In this document: in pieces, positions 23,601-38,600 of the stretch
How the letters are laid out: each line of letters opens with the position of its first letter
Numbering within the stretch: the stretch's first letter is position 1
Origin: Eledone cirrhosa
Taxonomy: Eukaryota
DNA: 64,000 nucleotides
Assembly (NCBI GenBank): GCA_964016885.1
Contig: OZ024743.1
Span: 237,088,001-237,152,000, forward strand
Reading direction: 5' to 3'
The notes under the pieces: model-generated
Databases searched by the model: none
The model's input: the letters and a program-made list of their open reading frames with translations, nothing else
Told to the model about the DNA's origin: nothing
Made by a program: the position numbers and the translations under genes

Positions 23601-26600
23601 TCTATAACACCACCAAAGTCTCTCTCTATATCACCACCACACTCTCTCTATAACACCACCACAGTCTCTCCATAACACCACCACAGTCTCTCTATCACAC
23701 CACCATATTCTCTCTATAATACCACCACAGTCTCACTATAACACCACCACAGTCTCTCTCTAAAACACCACCACAGTCTCTCTATCACACCACCACAGTC
23801 TCTCTATAACACCACCACAGTCTCTCTGTATAACCCCACCAGAGTCTCTCTATAACACCACCACAGTCTCTCTCTATAACACCTCCACAGTCTCTCTATA
23901 ACACCACCACAGTCTCTCTATAACGCCACCATAGTCTCTCTCTCTCTATCACCCCACCACAGTCTCTCTATAAAACCACCATAGACTCTCTCTCTATCAC
24001 CCCACCACAGTCTCTCTATAACACCAACACAGTCTCTCTATAACACCACCACAGTTTCTCTCTCTATAACAGCACGACAGTCTCTCCATAACACCACCAC
24101 AGTTTCTATATAACACCACCACAGTCTCTCTCTATAACGCCAGCACAGTCTCTCTATAACACTACCACAGTCTCTCTATCTCACCACCACAGTCTCTCTA
24201 TTACCCCACCACAGTCTCTCTATAACACCACCACAGTCTCTCTATAACACCACCACAGTCTCTCTATAACAACACCACAGTCTCCCTCTCTCTATAATGC
24301 CACCACAGTCTCTCTCTATAACACCACCACAGTCTTTATATAACAACACCACAGTCTCTCTCTCTATATAACAACACCAGAGTCTCTCTCTATAACACCA
24401 CCACAGTCTCTCTCTCTATAACACCACCACAGTCTCTCTATAACTCCACCACAGTTGCTCTCTCTATAACACCACCACAGTCTCTCCATCACACCACCAT
24501 ATTCTCTCTATAATACCACCACAGTCTCTCTATAACACCACCACAGTCTCTCTCTAATCCACCACCACAGTCTCTCTATCACCCCACCACAGTCCCTCTA
24601 TAACACCACCACAGTCTCTCTATCACCCCACCACAGTCTCCCTATAACAACACCACAGTCTCTCTATAACACCACCACAGTGTCTCTCTCTATAACATCA
24701 CCACAGTCTCTTTCTATAACACCACACAGTCTCACTATAACACCACCACAGTCTCTCTCTCTATAACCCCCACCACAGTCTCTCTCTATAACACCACCAC
24801 AGTCTCTCTATAACACCACCACAGTCTCTCTATCACACTACCACAGTCTCTGTATCACTCCACCACAGTCTCTCTATAACACCACCACAGTCTCTCTATA
24901 ACACGACTACAGTCTCTCTCTATCACACCACCACAGTCTCTCTATCACCCCACCACAGTCTCTCTATCACACCACCACAGTCTCTCTATCACACCACCAC
25001 AGTCTCTCTATAACACCACCACAGTCTCTCTCTATAACACCACCACAGTCTCTCTCTATAACACCACCACAGTCTTTCTATAACACCACCACAGTCTCTC
25101 CCTCTATAACACCACCACAGTCTCTCTATCACACCACCACAATCTCTCTATCACACCATCACAGTCTCTCTATCACACCACCACAGTCTCTCTATCACAC
25201 CATCACAGTCTCTCTATCACCCCACCACAGTCCCTCTATAACACCACCACAGTCTCTCTATAACACCACCACAGTCTCTCTATAACACCACCACAGTCTC
25301 TCTCTATATAACATCACCACAGTCTCTCTCTATAGCACCGCCACAGTCTCTCTATAACACCACAACAGTCTTTATATAACACCACCAGAGTCGCTCTCTC
25401 TATAACACCACCACAGTCTCTCTCTATAACACCACCACAGTCTCACTATAACACCACCACAGTCTCTCTCTCTATAACATCACCACAGTCTCTCTCTATA
25501 GCACCACCACAGTCTTTCTATAACACCACACAGTCTTTATATAATACCACCACGGTCGCTCTCTCTATAACACCACCACAGACTCTCTCTATAACACCAC
25601 CACAGTCTCTCTATAACACCACCAGAGTCTTTCTCTCTATAACACCACCAAAGTCTCTCTCTATAACACCACCACAGTCTCTCTATAACACCACCACAGT
25701 CTCTCTATCACACCACCACAATCTCTCTATCACTCCACCACAGTCTCTCCATAACACCACCACAGTGTCTCTCTCTATAACATCACGACAGTCTCTCTCT
25801 ATAGCACCGCCACAGTCTCTCTATAACACCACCACAGTCTCTCTCTCTATAACATCACCACAGTCTCTCTCTATAGCACCGCCACAGTCTCTCTATAACA
25901 CCACCACAGTCTTTATATAACACCACCACAGTCGCTCTCTCTATAACACCACCACAGTCTCTCTCTATAACACCACCACAGTCTCTCTATCACCCCACCA
26001 CAGTCTCTCTATCACACCACCACAGTCTCTCTATCACACCACCACAGTCTCTCTATCACTCCACCACAGTCTCTCCATAACACCACCACAGTGTCTCTCT
26101 CTATAACATCACGACAGTCTCTCTCTATAGCACCACCACAGTCTCTCTATAACAACACCACAGTCTCTCTCTCTATAACACCACCACAGTCTCTCTCTAT
26201 AACACCACTACAGTCTCTCTCTATAACACTACCACAGTCTCTCTATAACACCACCACAGTGTCTCTCTCTATAACATCACCACAGTCTCTCTCTATAGCA
26301 CCGTCAGAGTCTCTCTATAACACCACCACAGTCTCTTTCTATAACACCACCACAGTCTCACTATAACACCACCACAGTCTCTCTCTCTATAACCCCCACC
26401 ACAGTCTCTCTCTATAACACCACCACAGTCTCTCTATAACACCACCACAGTCTCTCTATCACACTACCACAGTCTCTGTATCACTCCACCACAGTCTCTG
26501 TATAACACCACCACAGTCTCTCTATAACACGACTACAGTCACTCTCTATCACACCACCACAGTCTCTCTATCACCCCACCACAGTCTCTCTATCACACCA

Positions 26601-29600
26601 CCACAGTCTCTCTATCACACCACCACAGTCTCTCTATAACACCACCACAGTCTCTCTCTATAACACCACCACAGTCTCTCTCTATAACACCACCACAGTC
26701 TTTCTATAACACCACCACAGTCTCTCCCTCTATAACACCACCACAGTCTCTCTATCACACCACCACAATCTCTCTATCACACCATCACAGTCTCTCTATC
26801 ACACCACCACAGTCTCTCTATCACACCACCACAGTCTCTCTATCACCCCACCACAGTCCCTCTATAACACCACCACAGTCTCTCTATAACACCACCACAG
26901 TCTCTCTATAACACCACCACAGTCTCTCTCTATATAACATCACCACAGTCTCTCTCTATAGCACCGCCACAGTCTCTCTATAACACCACAACAGTCTTTA
27001 TATAACACCACCAGAGTCGCTCTCCCTATAACACCACCACAGTCTCTCTCTATAACACCACCACAGTCTCACTATAACACCACCACAGTCTCTCTCTCTA
27101 TAACATCACCACAGTCTCTCTCTATAGCACCACCACAGTCTTTCTATAACACCACACAGTCTTTATATAATACCACCACAGTCGCTCTCTCTATAACACC
27201 ACCACAGACTCTCTCTATAACACCACCACAGTCTCTCTATAACACCACCAGAGTCTTTCTCTCTATAACACCACCAAAGTCTCTCTCTATAACACCACCA
27301 CAGTCTCTCTATAACACCACCACAGTCTCTCTATCACACCACCACAATCTCTCTATCACTCCACCACAGTCTCTCCATAACACCACCACAGTGTCTCTCT
27401 CTATAACATCACGACAGTCTCTCTCTATAGCACCGCCACAGTCTCTCTATAACACCACCACAGTCTCTCTCTCTATAACATCACCACAGTCTCTCTCTAT
27501 AGCACCGCCACAGTCTCTCTATAACACCACCACAGTCTCTCTATAACACCACCACAGTCGCTCTCTCTATAACACCACCACAGTCTCTCTCTATAACACC
27601 ACCACAGTCTCTCTATCACCCCACCACAGTCTCTCTATCACACCACCACAGTCTCTCTATCACACCACCACAGTCTCTCTATCACTCCACCACAGTCTCT
27701 CCATAACACCACCACAGTGTCTCTCTCTATAACATCACGACAGTCTCTCTCTATAGCACCGCCACAGTCTCTCTATAACACCACCACAGTCTCTCTCTCT
27801 ATAACATCACCACAGTCTCTCTCTATAGCACCGCCACAGTCTCTCTATAACACCACCACAGTCTCTCTATAACACCACCACAGTCGCTCTCTCTATAACA
27901 CCACCACAGTCTCTCTCTATAACACCACCACAGTCTCTCTATCACCCCACCACAGTCTCTCTATCACACCACCACAGTCTCTCTATCACACCACCACAGT
28001 CTCTCTATCACTCCACCACAGTCTCTCCATAACACCACCACAGTGTCTCTCTCTATAACATCACGACAGTCTCTCTCTATAGCACCACCACAGTCTCTCT
28101 ATAACAACACCACAGTCTCTCTCTCTATAACACCACCACAGTCTCTCTCTATAACACCACTACAGTCTCTCTCTATAACACTACCACAGTCTCTCTATAA
28201 CACCACCACAGTTGCTCTCTCTATAACACCACCACAGTCTCTATCTATAACACAACCACAGTCTCTCTCTCTATAGCACCACCACCGTCTTTCTATAACA
28301 TCACCACAGTCTCTCTCTCTATAACACCACCACAGTCTCTCTCTCTCTATAACACCACCACAGACTCTCTCTCTCTCTATAACATCACCACAGTCTCTCT
28401 CTATAGCACCACCACAGTCTTTCTATAACACCACACAGTCTTTATATAATACCACCACAGTCGCTCTCTCTATAACACCACCAGAGTCTCTCTCTATAAC
28501 ACCACCACAGTCTCTCTATAACACCACCAGAGTCTTTCTCTCTATAACACCACCAAAGTCTCTCTCTATAACACCACCACAGTCTCTCTATAACACCACC
28601 ACAGTCTCTCTATCACACCACCACAATCTCTCTATCACTCCACCACAGTCTCTCCATAACACCAACACAGTCTCTCTATCACACCACCATATTCTCTCTA
28701 TAATACCACCAGAGTCTCTCTATAACACCACCACAGTCTCTATCTAAAACACCACCATAGTCTCTCTATCACACCACCACAGTCTCTCTATAACACCACC
28801 ACAGTCTCTCTATAACACCACCACAGTCTCTCTATGATACCTACGACAGTCTCTCTATAATACCACCACAGTCTCTCTCTATCACACCACCACAGTCTCT
28901 CTATCACCCCATCACAGTCTCTCTATCACACCACCACATTATCTCTATAACACCACCACAGTCTCTCTATCACTCCACCACAGTCTCTCTATAACACCAC
29001 CACAGTCTCTCTCTCACACCATCACAGTCGCTCTATCACATCACCACAGTCTCTCTATCACACCATCACAGTCTCTCTATCATACCACCACAGTCTCTCT
29101 ATCACACCACCACAGTCTCTCTATCACACTACACAGTCTCTCTATCAAACCACCACAGTCTTTCTATCACACCACACAGTCTCTCTATAACACCACCACA
29201 GTCGCTCTCTCTATAACACCACCACAGTCTCACTATAACACCACCACAGGCTCTCTCTATATAACACCACCACAGTCTCACTCTATAACACCACCACAGT
29301 CTCTCTATAACACCACCACAGTCTCTCTCTCTATAACATCACCACAGTCTCTCTCTATAGCACCGCCACAGTCTCTCTATAACACCACCACACTCTTTAT
29401 ATAACACCACCACAGTCGCTCTCTCTATAACACCACCACAGTCTCTCTCTATAACACCACCACAGTCTCACTATAACAACACCACAGTCTCTCTTTCTAT
29501 AACACCACCACAGTCTCTCTCTATAACACCATCACAGTCTCTCTATAACACCACCACAGTCTCTCTATCACACCACCACAGTCACTCTATCACCCCAACA

Positions 29601-32600
29601 CAGTCCCTCTATAACACCACTACAGTCTCTCTATAACACCACCACAGTCTCTCTCTATCACACCACCACAGTCTCTCTATCACCCCACCACAGTCTCGCT
29701 ATCACACCACCACAGTCTCTCTATAACACCACCACAGTCTCTCTCTATAACACCACCACAGTCTCTCTATAACTCCACCACAGTTGCTCTCTCTATAACA
29801 CCACCACAGTCTCTATCTATAACACATCCACAGTCTCTCTCTCTATAGCACCACCACAGTCTTTCTATAACATCACCACAGTCTCTCTCTCTATAACACC
29901 ACCACAGTCTCTCTCTATAGCACCACCACAGTCTTTCTATAACACCACCACAGTCTATATATAATACCACCACAGTCGCTCTCTCTATAACACCACCACA
30001 GTCTCTCTCTATAACACCACCACAGTCTCTCTATAACACCACCAGAGTCTTTCTCTCTATAACACCACCAAAGTCTCTCTCTATAACACCACCACAGTCT
30101 CTCTATAACACCAACACAGTCTCTCTATCACACCACCACAATCTCTCTATCACTCCACCACAGTCTCTCCATAACACCACCACAGTCTCTCTATCACACC
30201 ACCATATTCTCTCTATAATACCACCACAGTCTCTCTATAACACCACCACAGTCTCTCTCTAAAACACCACCACAGTCTCTCTATCACACCACCACAGTCT
30301 CTCTATCACACCACCACAGTCTCTCTATGACCCCACGACAGTCTCTCTATAATACCACCACAGTCTCTCTCTATCACACCACCACAGTCTCTCTATCACC
30401 CCACAACAGTACCTCTATAACACCACCACAGTCTCTCTATCACCCCACCACAGTCCCTCTATAACACCACCACAGTCTCTCTATCACCCCACCACAGTCT
30501 CCCTATAACCCCACCACAGTCTCTCTATAACACCACCACAGTGTCTCTCTCTATAACATCACCACAGTCTCTCTCTATAGCACCGCCACAGTCTCTCTAT
30601 AACACAACCAGTCTTTATATAACACCACAACAGTCGCTCTCTCTATAACACCACCACAGTCTCTCTCTATAACACCGCCACAGTTTCACTATAACACCAC
30701 CACAGTCTCTCTCTCTATAACACCACCACAGTCTCTCTCTATAACACCACCACAGTCTCTCTATAACACCACCACAGTCTCTCTATCACACTACCACAGT
30801 CTCTCTATCACTCCACCACAGTCACTCTATAACACCACCACAGTCTCTCTGTAACACCACTACGGTCTCTCTCTATCACCCCACCACAGTCTCTCTATCA
30901 CACCACAACAGTCTCTCTATCACACTACCACAGTCTCTCTATAACACCACCACAGTCTCTCTCTATAACACCACTACAGTCTCTCTCTATAACACCACCA
31001 CAGTCACTCTCTATAACACCACCACAGTCTTTCTATAACACCACCACAGTCTCTCCATCTATAACCCCACCACAGTCTCTCTATCACAGCACCACAATCT
31101 CTCTATCACACCATCACAGTCTCTCTATCACACCACCACAGTCTCTCTATCACACCACCACAGTCTCTCTATCACCCCACAGACTCACTATAACACCACC
31201 ACAATCACTCTATCACCCCACCACAGTCTCTCTATAACACCACCACAGTCTCTCTATCACACCACCACAGTCTCTCTATCACCCCACCACAGTCCCTCTA
31301 TAACACCACCACAGTCTCTCAATAACACCACCACAGTCTCTCTATAACACCACCACAGTCTCTCTATAACACCACCACAGTCTCTCTCTCTATAACATCA
31401 CCACAGTCTCTCTCTATAGCACCGCCACAGTCTCTCTATAACACCACCACAGTCTTTATATAACACCACCACAGTCGCTCTCTCTATAACACCACCACAG
31501 TCTCTCTCTATAGCACCACCACAGTCTCACTATAACACCACCACAGTCTCTCTCTCTATAACACCACCACAGTCTCTCTCTATAACACCACAACAGTCTC
31601 TCTATAACACCACCACAGTCTCTCTATCACACCACCACAGTCTCTCTATCACTCCACCACAGTCTCTCTATAACACCACCACAGTCTCTCTATAACACCA
31701 CCACAGTCTCTCTCTATCACACCACCACAGTCTCTCTATCACCCCACCACAGTCTCTCTATCACACCACCACAGTCTCTCTATCACACCACCACAGTCTC
31801 TCTATAACACCACCACAGTCTCTCTATAACAACACCACAGTCTCTCTCTCTATAACACCACCACAGTCTCTCTCTATAACACCACTACAGTCTCTCTCTA
31901 TAACACTACCACAGTCTCTCTATAACACCACCACAGTTGCTCTCTCTATAACACCACCACAGTCTCTATCTATAACACAACCACAGTCTCTCTCTCTATA
32001 GCACCACCACAGTCTTTCTATAACATAACCACAGTCTCTCTCTCTATAACACCACCACAGTCTCTCTCTATAGCACCACCACAGTCTTTCTATAACACCA
32101 CCACAGTCTATATATAATACCACCACAGTCGCTCTCTCTATAACACCACCACAGTCTCTCTCTATAACACCACCACAGTCTCTCTATAACACCACCAGAG
32201 TCTTTCTCTCTATAACACCACCAAAGTCTCTCTCTATAACACCACCACAGTCTCTCTATAACACCAACACAGTCTCTCTATCACACCACCACAATCTCTC
32301 TATCACTCCACCACAGTCTCTCCATAACACCACCACAGTCTCTCTATCACACCACCATATTCTCTCTATAATACCACCACAGTCTCTCTATAACACCACC
32401 ACAGTCTCTCTCTAAAACACCACCACAGTCTCTCTATCACACCACCACAGTCTCTCTATCACACCACCACAGTCTCTCTATGACCCCACGACAGTCTCTC
32501 TATAATACCACCACAGTCTCTCTCTATCACACCACCACAGTCTCTCTATCACCCCACAACAGTACCTCTATAACACCACCACAGTCTCTCTATCACCCCA

Positions 32601-35600
32601 CCACAGTCCCTCTATAACACCACCACAGTCTCTCTATCACCCCACCACAGTCTCCCTATAACCCCACCACAGTCTCTCTATAACACCACCACAGTTTCTC
32701 TCTCTATAACATCACCACAGTCTCTCTCTATAGCACCGCCACAGTCTCTCTATAACACCACCAGTCTTTATATAACACCACAACAGTCGCTCTCTCTATA
32801 ACACCACCACAGTCTTTATATAACACCACCACAGTCGCTCTCTCTATAAGACCACCACAGTCTCTCTCTATAACACCGCCACAGTTTCACTATAACACCA
32901 CCACAGTCTCTCTCTCTATAACACCACCACAGTCTCTCTCTATAACACCACCACAGTCTCTCTATAACACCACCACAGTCTCTCTATCACACTACCACAG
33001 TCTCTCTATCACTCCACCACAGTCACTCTATAACACCACCACAGTCTCTCTATAACACCACTACGGTCTCTCTCTATCACCCCACCACAGTCTCTCTATC
33101 ACACCACAACAGTCTCTCTATCACACTACCACAGTCTCTCTATAACACCACCACAGTCTCTCTCTATAACACCACTACAGTCTCTCTCTATAACACCACC
33201 ACAGTCACTCTCTATAACACCACCACAGTCTTTCTATAACACCACCACAGTCTCTCCATCTATAACCCCACCACAGTCTCTCTATCACAGCACCACAATC
33301 TCTCTATCACACCATCACAGTCTCTCTATCACACCACCACAGTCTCTCTATCACACCACCACAGTCTCTCTATCACCCCACAGACTCACTATAACACCAC
33401 CACAATCACTCTATCACCCCACCACAGTCTCTCTATAACACCACCACAGTCTCTCTATCACACCACCACAGTCTCTCTATCACCCCACCACAGTCCCTCT
33501 ATAACACCACCACAGTCTCTCTATAACACCACCACAGTCTCTCTATAACACCACCACAGTCTCTCTATAACACCACCACAGTCTCTCTCTCTATAACATC
33601 ACCACAGTCTCTCTCTATAGCACCGCCACAGTCTCTCTATAACACCACCACAGTCTTTATATAACACCACCACAGTCGCTCTCTCTATAACACCACCACA
33701 GTCTCTCTCTATAGCACCACCACAGTCTCACTATAACACCACCACAGTCTCTCTCTCTATAACACCACCACAGTCTCTCTCTATAACACCACAACAGTCT
33801 CTCTATAACACCACCACAGTCTCTCTATCACACCACCACAGTCTCTCTATCACTCCACCACAGTCTCTCTATAACACCACCACAGTCTCTCTATAACACC
33901 ACCACAGTCTCTCTCTATCACACCACCACAGTCTCTCTATCACCCCATCACAGTCTCTCTATCACACCACCACAGTCTCTCTATCACACCACCACAGTCT
34001 CTCTATAACACCACCACAGTCTCTCTATAACACCACCACAGTCTCTCTCTATAACACCACTACAGTCTCTCTCTATAACACTACCACAGTCTCTCTATAA
34101 CACCACCACAGTTGCTCTCTCTATAACACCACCACAGTCTCTATCTATAACACAACCACAGTCTCTCTCTCTATAGCACCACCACAGTTTTTCTATAACA
34201 TCACACAGTCTCTCTCTCTATAACACCACCACAGTCTATCTCTCTCTATAACACCACCACAGACTCTCTCTCTATAACATCACCACAGTCTCTCTCTATA
34301 GCACCACCACAGTCTTTCTATAACACCACACAGTCTTTATATAATACCACCACAGTCGCTCTCTCTATAACACCACCACAGTCTCTCTCTATAACACCAC
34401 CACAGTCTCTCTATAACACCACCAGAGTCTTTCTCTCTATAACACCACCAAAGTCTCTCTCTATAGCACCACCACAGTCTCTCTATAACACCACCACAGT
34501 CTCTCTATCACGCCACCACAATCTCTCTATCACTCCACCACAGTCTCTCCATAACACCACCACAGTGTCTCTCTCTATAACATCACCACAGTCTCTCTCT
34601 ATAGCACCGCCACAGTCTCTCTATAACACCACCAGTCTTTATATAACACCACAACAGTCGCTCTCTCTATAACACCACCACAGTCTTTATATAACACCAC
34701 CACAGTCGCTCTCTCTATAACACCACCATAGTCTCTCGCTATAACACCACCACAGTTTCACTATAACACCACCACAGTCTCTCTCTCTATAACACCACCA
34801 CAGTCTCTCTCTATAACACCACCACAGTCTCTCTATAACACCACCACAGTCTCTCTATCACACTACCACAGTCTCTCTATCACTCCACCACAGTCACTCT
34901 ATAACACCACCACAGTCTCTCTATAACACCACTACAGTCTCTCTCTATCACCCCACCACAGTCTCTCTATCACACCACCACAGTCTCTCTATCACACCAT
35001 CACAGTCTCTCTATAACACCACCACAGTCTCTCTCTCTATAACACCACCACAGTCTCTCTCTATAACACCACCACAGTCTCTCTCTATAACACCACCACA
35101 GTCTTTCTATAACACCACCACAGTCTCTCCATCTATAACCCCACCACAGTCTCTCTATCACACCACCACAATCTCTCTATCACACCATCACAGTCTCTCT
35201 ATCACACCACTACAGTCTCTCTATCACACCACCACAGTCTCTCTATCACCCCCCCACAGACTCACTATAACACCACCACAATCATTCTATCACCCCACCA
35301 CAGTCTCTCTATAACACCACCACAGTCTCTCTATCACACCACCACAGTCTCTCTATAACACCACCACAGTCTCTCTCTCTATAACATCACCACAGTCTCT
35401 CTCTATAGCACCGCCACAGTCTCTCTATAACACCACCACAGTCTTTATATAACACCACCACAGTCGCTCTCTCTATAACACCACCACAGTCTCTCTCTAT
35501 AACACCAGCACAGTCTCACTATAACACTACCACAGTCTCTCTCTATATAACACCACCACAGTCTCTCTCTATAACACCACCACAGTCTCTCTATAACACC

Positions 35601-38600
35601 ACCACAGTCTCTCTATCACACCACCACAGTCTCTCTATCACTCCACCACAGTCTATCTATAACAACACCACAGTCTCTCTATAACACCACCACAGTCTCT
35701 CTCTATCACACCACCACAGTCTCTCTATCACCCCACCACAGTCTCTCTATCACACCACCACAGTCTCTCTATCACACCACCACAGTCTCTCTATAACACC
35801 ACCACAGTCTCTCTATAACAACACCACAGTCTCTCTCTCTATAACACCACCACAGTCTCTCTCTATAACACCACTACAGTCTCTCTCTATAACACTACCA
35901 CAGTCTCTCTATAACACCACCACAGTTGCTCTCTCTATAACACCACCACAGTCTCTATCTATAACACAACCACAGTCTCTCTCTCTATAGCACCACCACA
36001 GTCTTTCTATAACATCACCACAGTCTCTCTCTCTATAACACCACCACAGTCTCTCTCTCTATAACACCACCACAGACTCTCTCTCTATAACATCACCACA
36101 GTCTCTCTCTATAGCACCACCACAGTCTCTCTCTATAACACCACCACAGTCTCTCTCTATAACACTACCACAGTCTTTCTATAACACCACCACAGTCTCT
36201 CCATCTATAACCCCACCACAGTCTCTCTATCACACCACCACAATCTCTCTATCACACCATCACAGTCTCTCTATCACACCACCACAGTCTCTCTATCACA
36301 CCACCACAGTCTCTCTATCACCCCCCACAGACTCACTATAACACCACCACAATCATTCTATCACCCCACCACAGTCTCTCTATAACACCACCACAGTCTC
36401 TCTATCACACCACCACAGTCTCTCTATCACCCCACCACAGTCCCTCTATAACACCACCACAGTCTCTCTATAACACCACCACAGTCTCTCTATAACACCA
36501 CCACAGTCTCTCTCTCTATAACATCACCACAGTCTCTCTCTATAGCACCGCCACAGTCTCTCTATAACACCACCACAGTCTCTCTATCACACCACCACAG
36601 TCTCTCTATCACTCCACCACAGTCTTTATATAACACCACCACAGTCGCTCTCTCTATAACACCACCACAGTCTCTCTCTATAACACCACCACAGTCTCAC
36701 TATTACACTACCACAGTCTCTCTCTCTATAACACCACCACAGTCTCTCTCTATAACACCACCACAGTCTCTCTATAACACCACCACAGTCTCTCTATCAC
36801 ACCACCACAGTCTCTCTATCACTCCACCACCGTCTATCTATAACACCACCACAGTCTCTCTATAACACCACCACAGTCTCTCTCTATCACACCACCACAG
36901 TCTCTCTATCACCCCACCACAGTCTCTCTATCACACCACCACAGTCTCTCTATCACACCACCACAGTCTCTCTATAACACCACTACAGTCTCTCTATAAC
37001 AACACCACAGTCTCTCTCTCTATAACACCACCACAGTCTCTCTCTATAACACCACTACAGTCTCTCTCTATAACACTACCACAGTCTCTCTATAACACCA
37101 CCACAGTTGCTCTCTCTATAACACCACCACAGTCTCTATCTATAACACAACCACAGTCTCTCTCTCTATAGCACCACCACAGTCTTTCTATAACATCACC
37201 ACAGTCTCTCTCTCTATAACACCACCACAGTCTCTCTCTCTATAACACCACCACAGACTCTCTCTCTATAACATCACCACAGTCTCTCTCTATAGCACCA
37301 CCACAGTCTTTCTATAACACCACACAGTATTTATATAATACCACCACAGTCGCTCTCTCTATAACACCACCACAGTCTCTCTCTATAACACCACCACAGT
37401 CTCTCTATAACACCACCAGAGTATTTCTCTCTATAACACCACCAAAGTCTCTCTCTATAACACCACCACAGTCTCTCTATAACACCACCACAGTCTCTCT
37501 ATCACACCACCACAATCTCTCTATCACTCCACCACAGTCTCTCCATAACACCACCACAGTCTCTCTATCACACCACCATATTCTCTCTATAATACCACCA
37601 GAGTCTCTCTATAACACCACCACAGTCTCTATCTAAAACACCACCACAGTCTCTCTATCACACCACCACAGTCTCTCAATCACCCCACCACAGTCTCTCT
37701 ATCACACCACCACAGTCTCTCTATCACACCACCACAGTCTCTCTATCACACCATCACAGTCTCTCTATCACACCACCACAGTCTCTCTATCACCCCACCA
37801 CAGTCTCTCTATCACACCACACAGTCTCTCTCTATAACACCACCACAGTCTCTCTATCACTCCACCACAGTCTCTCTATAACACCACCACAGTCTCTCTC
37901 TCACACCATCACAGTCGCTCTATCACATCACCACAGTCTCTCTATCACACCATCACAGTCTCTCTATCATACCACCACAGTCTCTCTATCACACCACCAC
38001 AGTCTCTCTATCACACTACACAGTCTCTCTATCACACCACCACAGTCTTTCTATCACACCACACAGTCTCTCTATAACACCACCACAGTCGCTCTCTCTA
38101 TAACACCACCACAGTCTCTCTCTATAACACCACCACAGTCACACTATAACACCACCACAGTCTCTCTCTCTATAACACCACCACAGTCTCACTCTATAAC
38201 ACCACCACAGTCTCTCTATAACACCACCACAGTCTCTCTCTCTATAACATCACCACAGTCTCTCTCTATAGCACCGCCACAGTCTCTCTATAACACCACC
38301 ACAGTCTTTATATAACACCACCACAGTCGCTCTCTCTATAACACCACCACAGTCTCTCTCTATAACACCACCACAGTCTCACTATAACAACACCACAGTC
38401 TCTCTCTCTATAACACCACCACAGTCTCTCTCTATAACACCATCACAGTCTCTCTATAACACCACCACAGTCTCTCTATCACACCACCACAGTCACTCTA
38501 TCACCCCAACACAGTCCCTCTATAACACCACTACAGTCTCTCTATAACACCACCACAGTCTCTCTCTATCACACCACCACAGTCTCTCTATCACCCCACC